Source of the DNA: a virus
Taxonomy: Duplodnaviria; Heunggongvirae; Uroviricota; Caudoviricetes
Virus record (IMG/VR): IMGVR_UViG_3300043313_001192
Coordinates: 153,598-176,996 of that record
Length of the DNA stretch: 23,399 nucleotides
Reading direction: 5' to 3' (one strand)
The translations under genes were made by a program, and so were the position numbers. The number at the start of each line of letters is the position of its first letter. Position 1 is the first letter of the stretch. This document shows, in pieces, positions 5,954 through 12,405 of this stretch. Under the pieces are notes generated by a model. The model searched no databases. It saw only the letters and a program-made list of their open reading frames with translations, and had not been told where the DNA came from.

Positions 5954-8900
5954 CTAGATCAAGAACCGCAGAATGCGCGACAGCTCGGCCGAGATCTGGG
6001 GCTGGGAGAGGACGTCACCTCCGGCCATGAACTCAGAGATCTTGCCCCCGGCTTCGGCTAGATGCTCAGGGTCGAGACGCTGCTCGGCGCGCTTGTACAA
6101 GTCCTGCATCAGGCCCTGGAGGTCGGGGGGCAGGTCGGAGAACTTGTACTTCTCGTTGAGGTCACCGAAGACCAGCGGCAGGTTGGCCACCGCCTCAGCC
6201 AGGTTGCCGTAGCCCTCGCGCAGAGTCTTGACCGCACCCTCGTCCTCGGTGTTCTTCGCGATCTGGTCGACCAGGTCGAGCACACCCTTGGCTGCCTGCT
6301 GGGCGGCCTCGGTGTCACCCTGGTTGGCCGCCTGCTGGACCTCGTCGAGTCCTTCGACCGCTTGCTGGGTCCCGGCCTCACCCTGCAGATCCTTCTTCAG
6401 CTCGGCGATCACCATCCGGAACCGACCCTTCTCATCGCGCGGGTGGTTGCCGGGGTCCCACGGCGAGCCGTCGGGGTAACGGCCACCGGCGGCGAGCAGA
6501 CTGATCCCGTCCAGGGTCTCGTCCGAGGCGCGCAGGATCAGCGGGATGCAGGCCCCACCGGCGATCAGCGCCATCCGTGCGGCGAGATCCTCGACCTCAC
6601 CGGCCACGTCCTGGACCGGGGTGCTCAGCGCGGCCCACGACTCCGGGATCAGGTCGGTCTTGCCGAGCGCGCGGGCGCGCTTCTTGATGTGGCGGCGGAC
6701 CTTGGCCTTGTCGCCCTCCTTGGCCCGGCCGTAGGCACGGATGGCGTTCTTCAGGTCGCCCACCGTGGCGATCGGGTAAGAGCCGTCCGGCAGCGCCTGG
6801 CCCTTCTTGGACATCTCCTTGCGCTTGTCGGTGCCGATGTCGCGGAACAGCTCCTCCCCACCGCTCATCAGTGCTGCCATCCGCTCGCGTGCGGCAGCAG
6901 CCTCCGGCGAGCGCAGCGTGACGAACTTGTTCAGCGCCGCCGCGCGAGCCGCGTCCAGCCGGGCCTGGTACTCCGCACGGACCGGGTCCATCCGGGCCAG
7001 CGCGGCGGCGCGGGCCTGAGACAGTGCTTCGCGCTGCGGGGTCTCCAAGGCGTCGACCCGCTCGATCAACCTGTCCAGCGGCGCCGCGTCGGCATCGCTG
7101 CGGATCCGGGCCAACACCGACGTGCCCGCCGCGACCAACGCGTAGACATGTCCGGAGGCCACCCGAGCACGCACGGTGGGGAAGCCGGGCACGTTGACCT
7201 GGCAGATCGCGACCATCTCCAACCGCCCGTTGATTGGACGCCAGTCTCCGGACGGCGCCGCGGCGCGGACCGCCCGGACCTGCTCGGCGTTGATGCTGGG
7301 GCGCATCGCACCGGCCACCCAGATGCCGTAGGCGTCCTCACCGGCGTGCACGTCGCAGAACGCCGAGGCGGTGTCGTCGTAGTGCTTGACCGCCATCGCC
7401 GCGTCGGACTCCAGCGGAGCGTGTCCACCGGCCAGGGTGATCTGCCCGACCGGGACGTCCTTGCCCTCCTCGGTGCGCAGTAGCCCGGTGTGGAAGTAGG
7501 CGTAGTTCGACCGGCTCCGGGGCGGCCGGGTGGAGAACGGGAGCCCGATGTGCTCGGTGTCCCAGGTCGCCACGTGTCCGTAGACCCGACCGTCGTCGAG
7601 CACGGTCAGCGGCGTCTCCTGCTTCAGTCCCGGATCCTCGAACCACTCCTGGGGCGGGTGAATGGGGATGCCCGCTGCGGTCAACGCCGAGCGAACCATC
7701 TCCTCGGTCTCGGCCTCCGTGACGGGAGTTCCGATGTAGGTTCCGTCGGCAACCATGGGCTCTTCCTCCTCCTGGCCTTCCTCTAGCTCGATGCGTACTT
7801 CCTGGAATGCGGGCTTGGCGACGAGCGTCGCGCCCATCACCCGCCCATTGGTGACAGTCATGTCGTCGGCGACGATCCGCACGATGTCGGGGCTCTCGCC
7901 CTCGCCCGGCTCACGCTCGACCGACTCAGGGCTGCGAGCCTCGGCCTCGAAGTTGTCGAGGTCCACCGAGACGCCGCGCAGGAACTTGTGCCGGACCAGC
8001 CGCTCGGCCTCCTGGCCGTACGGCCCGACGTCGAAGACACCACGGGCGTTGACCAGCGAACCGTCCTCGGAGCGCTCCATCGAGTCGATCCGGCCGACGA
8101 TCACCGAGTCGTCGTGGCCCTCGGCGGTCTTGATCTGCCACATCAGCGGCAGCGGCAGGTCGCGAGTGGTCAGCGAGAGCGGTGCGAAGCTGCGCCCGTC
8201 GCCAGACTTGATCCCGATCGGGGCCAGCACCGGGATCACGAACGGCGAGCCGGACAGCTCGGTGGGGACCTGGTCGGCCCGCTCGGGTGCCTCGACACCG
8301 GCGATCAGCGTGTTCGCACCGGCCAACAGCGCCGAGTAGGCGATCACCTCGTCAGTGCTCAGCAGGTGCACGTCGAAGAGCTGGCTGCGCTCGGACGCCG
8401 AGCCGCGCCGCCCGACGTTGCGCCGGTCACCGGGCCACTCGCCGGTCATCAGGTGGTGCAGGCTGGCGCAGTAGCCCTCGCTCATTCCTGGCTTGGGCAT
8501 GTACTTCTTCAGGTGCCGGTTGCACCGGGTCCAGTCGCCAGGGGTGTTCCAGCGGACCTTGGCGGTACCGCCGGTGCCGACCGTCCAGTACTTCTTCAGC
8601 CGGTCCACGTTGGCGACATCGTTGGGGGTGTCGGCGATGCCGGGGATGCCTGCGGCGAGGATCTCGACGACTTCGCCGTACTCGCCCCAGATGGCGGCGG
8701 CCGACGCGGCCACTGACGCTGCGGCGTCCTTGGCCTCCTGCTCGGCCTCGGCCTTGCCCTCGGGCGTCTGGTAGAACGCCTGCACCTGCGTCATCGTGTC
8801 GTTGAAGGTGGCCTCGTCGAGGGAGACGATCGCGGGTGGTGAGCTGGACTGCAGCTGACGCAGCACCTTGGGATCGTTGACCCAGCCGGTCGCGGTGTAG

Positions 8901-11422
8901 CGCAGCACCTGGGCCTGGTTGCCGGTGGTGCTGGCCGGGATCATCGCCAGCAGCTCCAGCACCGCTTCCTGGTTGGCCTCATCCACCTCGGCCATGTAGA
9001 CCGGCGCGACGTCGGACTGGGCAGGGTCTGTGATGGGCTGACCAGTGCCTCCTGCGTCCGGCAGCACCGGCACCTCGGCCGGTTCGTCCTTCTTCTTCCG
9101 GGCCGCAGCGGTCAGCGAGCCGCGCTTGTAGCCAGGCAGGATCTTGCGGTAGATCCGGTCGATGGCGTCGCGCGCGCTCTTGCCACCGGCATGGATCTTC
9201 TCCAGCCGACGCTTGTAGTCGGCATCGGCCTTGGCCTGCTCACGCTCCCACCGCGCCTTGGACTCCTTGTCGAGCGCCTTCTGGGCCTGGTCACGCGCCT
9301 TCTTCCCGGCGCGCTCTTTCTCGATGAAGTTGGGGTAGTTCGCGATGACCGCCTTGATCGCCTCGGCGTCCATCGGTGGCAGCAGCGACTTCAGCAGCGC
9401 CTTGGGCGTGTGCGCAGTAGCGCGCGGAATGGCCTGGATCTTGTCGAGGTCGACCACACCCGGCTGCACCCTGGTGCTCTTGGCCGGGACCCACTCGGAG
9501 GATCCGTCGTCGTCGTAGGTGACCTGGACCTTCTGGGTGGCCGGGTCGATCTTGGCCACGGTGCCGGTCCGGGCCTGCGGACCGACGGCGATCTTGGAGC
9601 CGGACCTGGCGAACCGGCCGCCAGCGTCACGGACCTGCTTCTTGGCGTTGGCCGCGCGCTCCTCAGGGGTGTAGCCGTCGTCCTCGGCGAAGACCTGGGG
9701 GCGGTAGTCGAAGGTGACCCCGGAGGCGGTGACCACCGCGACCCGGTTCAGCATCTCGTTGTCGAGACCAGGGATGGCCTCGGCCATCACCAGAGCCTCA
9801 CCAGGGTCGACCTCGCGCAGGTCGACCGGCTGGTCGGGAAAGATCGACTGTGCCCGGACCACTTCGCGGGCGGTGTCATCGTCCAGCTCGATGATCTGGG
9901 CAGGGGAGCCGAGGTGGGTCTGCTCCCAGGTTCGGGTGCTCGGCTCGAAGCGGTAGAACATCGCGCCGTCACTGACGTAGAGCTGGTCCACGGTCAGCGA
10001 GTCGTCGCCGGTGTAGGCGGCGTAGTAGGTCAGCGGGTCGTCTTCCTCGGTGCCGCGCCGCTCCCAGAACGCCGTCTTGAGGTCGTCGTCCGCGATCAGC
10101 TCCTCCAGCGGGTCGCTGAGGTCGAACTCCTCCCAGTCGACACCGTGGATCTCAGCTGCTGCCTGGACCGGGGACGGGGGCGCCTCGCCGCCGTCGGCGA
10201 CCTGGGCGTCCCAGTACTGCTTGGTCTCCGCGATCTTGGCGTCGATCTCGGTCTTGTTCGCGTAGTAGTCGGCCAGCGCCGCCTGCTTGTGCAGGGTGTC
10301 GTCGACGGCCTTGCCGCAGATCTCGCACGTGTCCGGGTCATCGACGGTCTCGGAGAAGTAGTGCGCGTCGTCGGGCGTGATGTCGGCCTGGTCGTAGTCG
10401 ACGGCGTCGGGCTGGTGCCGCTCGTCCATCTCGCCGGTGCCGCAGTAGGTGCAGACCTCAGGGTTGCTGGTCACCGGGGAGTACACGTGCGGAGCCTCAC
10501 CGTCGAAGCTCTCTCCCTCGGGAACCTCCTCTTCCTCGACGTCCACGTTGGCGTCGGGGTCGTAGCCCGCGGCGACCAGCGCTTCCGCCTCCACCCGACG
10601 GATGGTCCGGGTGGCCCAGTCACGTCCGGCGTCACCGCCTAGTGCTGAGTAGGTCAGGGCGCGCGCCGAGGGGTACCGAGCCGAGGACTTCGAGCCGCCA
10701 CAGCTGCACGACCCGTTGCCGTCGCACTCGGAGGTGTGCGGGCCGTTGATCACCGAGAACGCGCGTGGCAGCAGCCGCAGCGTGTCGTAGTCGACCTCCT
10801 CGTCCTCGGCCAGCTTCTGCCCGATCGTGGTCGCGGCGGTCGTCGAGTCCTGGGTCTCGGTGGCCTGGGCGACCTTGGCGGCCCAGACCTTCCCGGCGTC
10901 ACCGCCCCAGGAGGCCCAGACCGTGGGGTCGACCTTCTCCTTGGGGTGCCGAGAGAAGTAGGTGTGCATCTGCTGGACGACCTGCGGGTGGATGGCAGCA
11001 CCGCTGGCCAGGTGCTCAGCACGGGCAATGTCGGTGCGGTCGAGGTCAGCCTCGACGCTGCTGCGTGCTGCCTCTCGCACCGTGGCCGGTGGCACCAGGC
11101 TGGTTCCGGCGGCGATCACCGGCAGTTCGATCTCACGCTGGTAGGTGGTGGTCCAGCGCAGTGCCTGTCGGGCGCTGGCCCGGACCGGCTCGGGGACGGT
11201 GAAGGTGCGCAGCGGATCGACGTCGACCGCCAGCGCCGAGCGAGCGAGCAGGGTGGCGCGGCGCTCTTCGGTGCTGCGCCCGGAAGGGACGAAGCCGCCA
11301 TGGCTGGTCAGCTCAGCAGCGCTGAAGACGTCGGTGACGTCACCACTCTTGAGATCGACGGCGACTGCTGACCCGGCGTGCTCGAAGAACATCCAGCCAC
11401 TGCTCGCACCCAGCGTTCGCAT
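5954..11422 (-). CDS. 1822-aa capsid maturation protease polyprotein (two protease-like domains plus accessory modules)
   Basis: Uninterrupted ORF between cargo genes and MCP, carrying GHD/GVSVD/LVAKPAF and GH/SGDWR/VNVPGFP motif sets. Confidence 0.88.
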   Translation of the reverse strand: MRTLGASSGWMFFEHAGSAVAVDLKSGDVTDVFSAAELTSHGGFVPSGRSTEERRATLLARSALAVDVDPLRTFTVPEPVRASARQALRWTTTYQREIELPVIAAGTSLVPPATVREAARSSVEADLDRTDIARAEHLASGAAIHPQVVQQMHTYFSRHPKEKVDPTVWASWGGDAGKVWAAKVAQATETQDSTTAATTIGQKLAEDEEVDYDTLRLLPRAFSVINGPHTSECDGNGSCSCGGSKSSARYPSARALTYSALGGDAGRDWATRTIRRVEAEALVAAGYDPDANVDVEEEEVPEGESFDGEAPHVYSPVTSNPEVCTYCGTGEMDERHQPDAVDYDQADITPDDAHYFSETVDDPDTCEICGKAVDDTLHKQAALADYYANKTEIDAKIAETKQYWDAQVADGGEAPPSPVQAAAEIHGVDWEEFDLSDPLEELIADDDLKTAFWERRGTEEDDPLTYYAAYTGDDSLTVDQLYVSDGAMFYRFEPSTRTWEQTHLGSPAQIIELDDDTAREVVRAQSIFPDQPVDLREVDPGEALVMAEAIPGLDNEMLNRVAVVTASGVTFDYRPQVFAEDDGYTPEERAANAKKQVRDAGGRFARSGSKIAVGPQARTGTVAKIDPATQKVQVTYDDDGSSEWVPAKSTRVQPGVVDLDKIQAIPRATAHTPKALLKSLLPPMDAEAIKAVIANYPNFIEKERAGKKARDQAQKALDKESKARWEREQAKADADYKRRLEKIHAGGKSARDAIDRIYRKILPGYKRGSLTAAARKKKDEPAEVPVLPDAGGTGQPITDPAQSDVAPVYMAEVDEANQEAVLELLAMIPASTTGNQAQVLRYTATGWVNDPKVLRQLQSSSPPAIVSLDEATFNDTMTQVQAFYQTPEGKAEAEQEAKDAAASVAASAAAIWGEYGEVVEILAAGIPGIADTPNDVANVDRLKKYWTVGTGGTAKVRWNTPGDWTRCNRHLKKYMPKPGMSEGYCASLHHLMTGEWPGDRRNVGRRGSASERSQLFDVHLLSTDEVIAYSALLAGANTLIAGVEAPERADQVPTELSGSPFVIPVLAPIGIKSGDGRSFAPLSLTTRDLPLPLMWQIKTAEGHDDSVIVGRIDSMERSEDGSLVNARGVFDVGPYGQEAERLVRHKFLRGVSVDLDNFEAEARSPESVEREPGEGESPDIVRIVADDMTVTNGRVMGATLVAKPAFQEVRIELEEGQEEEEPMVADGTYIGTPVTEAETEEMVRSALTAAGIPIHPPQEWFEDPGLKQETPLTVLDDGRVYGHVATWDTEHIGLPFSTRPPRSRSNYAYFHTGLLRTEEGKDVPVGQITLAGGHAPLESDAAMAVKHYDDTASAFCDVHAGEDAYGIWVAGAMRPSINAEQVRAVRAAAPSGDWRPINGRLEMVAICQVNVPGFPTVRARVASGHVYALVAAGTSVLARIRSDADAAPLDRLIERVDALETPQREALSQARAAALARMDPVRAEYQARLDAARAAALNKFVTLRSPEAAAARERMAALMSGGEELFRDIGTDKRKEMSKKGQALPDGSYPIATVGDLKNAIRAYGRAKEGDKAKVRRHIKKRARALGKTDLIPESWAALSTPVQDVAGEVEDLAARMALIAGGACIPLILRASDETLDGISLLAAGGRYPDGSPWDPGNHPRDEKGRFRMVIAELKKDLQGEAGTQQAVEGLDEVQQAANQGDTEAAQQAAKGVLDLVDQIAKNTEDEGAVKTLREGYGNLAEAVANLPLVFGDLNEKYKFSDLPPDLQGLMQDLYKRAEQRLDPEHLAEAGGKISEFMAGGDVLSQPQISAELSRILRFLI
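6539..6563. repeat. 25-bp direct repeat, copy 2 (in protease polyprotein)
   Basis: 24/25 identical to 4271..4295; encodes AGGACIPL. Confidence 0.9.
7150..7665 (-). other. Second prohead-protease-like domain of the 1822-aa protein (approximate bounds)
   Basis: GHVATWD (His1283, 7574-7576), SGDWR (Ser1391, 7250-7252), closing VNVPGFP analogous to the V..PA motif. Confidence 0.55.
7795..8245 (-). other. HK97/assemblin-fold prohead protease domain of the 1822-aa protein (approximate bounds)
   Basis: LPLM.Q...GHD...VGRI (His1103, 8114-8116), GVSVD (Ser1152, 7967-7969), GATLVAKPAF. Confidence 0.85.
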
Positions 11423-11428
11423 GCCAGC

Positions 11429-11434
11429 AGTTTA
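11429..11434 (-). promoter_or_regulatory. Putative -10 (TAAACT) for a leaderless transcript of the protease polyprotein
   Basis: TAAACT-GCTGGC-ATG: TAnnnT exactly 6 nt before ATG 11422, with no Shine-Dalgarno. Confidence 0.5.
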
Positions 11435-11442
11435 GGTGTACA
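11430..11442. repeat. 13-bp motif, copy 2 (inverted relative to 5402..5414)
   Basis: + strand GTTTAGGTGTACA. Confidence 0.6.
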
Positions 11443-11613
11443 TCAGGCCGAAGGAGCGGGCTCCTTCGGCTCGGTGCCTGCGGTTTCGTCAGTAGGCGCC
11501 GCGGCAGCGCCCGTGGACTCGCCGAAGAACGAGGTCACCTGCCCGGAGACACGGGCGGCGAACTGTTCGGGTGACTCACCAGGCTTCTGCGTCATGGTCA
11601 GCACTTGTGGCAT
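11443..11613 (-). CDS. 56-aa hypothetical protein; start revised to 11613
   Basis: GGAGATTCCTCATG gives MPQVLTMTQKPGESPEQFAARV...; overlaps the upstream gene by 38 nt. Confidence 0.6.
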   Translation of the reverse strand: MPQVLTMTQKPGESPEQFAARVSGQVTSFFGESTGAAAAPTDETAGTEPKEPAPSA

Positions 11614-11893
11614 GAGGAATCTCCAATCCTGCATAGTCGAAGTAGGGCAGCAGGTCATCGAGGAACCGGCCGTACTGGGGGTCGCCGGGCGGGACCACGG
11701 ACAGGTCCCCGACCTTGGCCACCGCGGGCAGCAGGTCGTGCGGCACCCAGGTCAGGTAGATGGTGCCGTCGGTCTCGCGCCACGAGTCCGGCGACGCTCC
11801 GGCCAGATAGGTCAGGTAGGAGGCGTAGCCCTCCTGGGTCAGGTGCTGCGGGCAGGGCAGGTCAGTCCGTGGGGGCGGCGGTGGGTGCGGCAT
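11576..11893 (-). CDS. 105-aa hypothetical protein, paralog of 11862..12242; start revised to 11893
   Basis: GGGAGGTGCCCGATG; 30/80 ungapped identity with the upstream paralog. Confidence 0.8.
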   Translation of the reverse strand: MPHPPPPPRTDLPCPQHLTQEGYASYLTYLAGASPDSWRETDGTIYLTWVPHDLLPAVAKVGDLSVVPPGDPQYGRFLDDLLPYFDYAGLEIPHATSADHDAEAW

Positions 11894-12242
11894 CGGGCAC
11901 CTCCCTGGTCGGGCGTGGCTCGGGTGCCACCGGCGTCGGCTCCATGAAGTCATACTCCGGCACGACGTGGTTCAGCCAGCGCGCGTAGGTCGGGCTGTCC
12001 TGGGTGATGTAGGTGGGTGAGTCCACCATCCCCACGTCGGGCGCCATCGAGGCAGGCATCCGGCTCAGGTAGATCGTCCCGTCCTGGTCACGCCAGGCAT
12101 CGACCGGGTCCGCGGCCAGGAACTCCAGCCATTCGGCGTGCTCCTCCGGGGTCCCACCCTCGGGCGGCTGCAGGTCAGACCGGGGCTTCGGTGGCGGCGG
12201 GATCTTGGTCGGCGGCTGGGGCTGCTGGGGCTGCTCCGTCAT
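11862..12242 (-). CDS. 126-aa hypothetical protein, paralog of 11576..11893
   Basis: GAGGAGGTGCCAGATG; shared PR.DL and D.WR..DGTIYL motifs. Confidence 0.8.
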   Translation of the reverse strand: MTEQPQQPQPPTKIPPPPKPRSDLQPPEGGTPEEHAEWLEFLAADPVDAWRDQDGTIYLSRMPASMAPDVGMVDSPTYITQDSPTYARWLNHVVPEYDFMEPTPVAPEPRPTREVPDAAPTAAPTD

Positions 12243-12405
12243 CTGGCACCTCCTCGGTACTCACGACTGCGCTGGGGAACATGGCGCGCCATTCCTCGGG
12301 CGTCATCCTGATCTTGTCGAACGCCGGGTCGTTGGGCGGGTTGCCCTCGTAGTTCAGCATCATCAAGAACTCGACCGCAGTCAGCGACTCCACATCGACA
12401 GCCAT
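12175..12405 (-). CDS. 76-aa hypothetical protein; ATG at 12405
   Basis: TGATG overlap with the giant-gene stop; GGAG/GAGG upstream; overlaps the next gene by 68 nt. Confidence 0.6.
   Translation of the reverse strand: MAVDVESLTAVEFLMMLNYEGNPPNDPAFDKIRMTPEEWRAMFPSAVVSTEEVPDDGAAPAAPAADQDPAATEAPV

Noticed and set aside
5415-11429. Invertible segment between the 13-bp inverted motifs
   Set aside because: Core dinucleotides differ (CA versus AC), repeats are short, no invertase is in the window, and inversion would reverse an essential protease gene.
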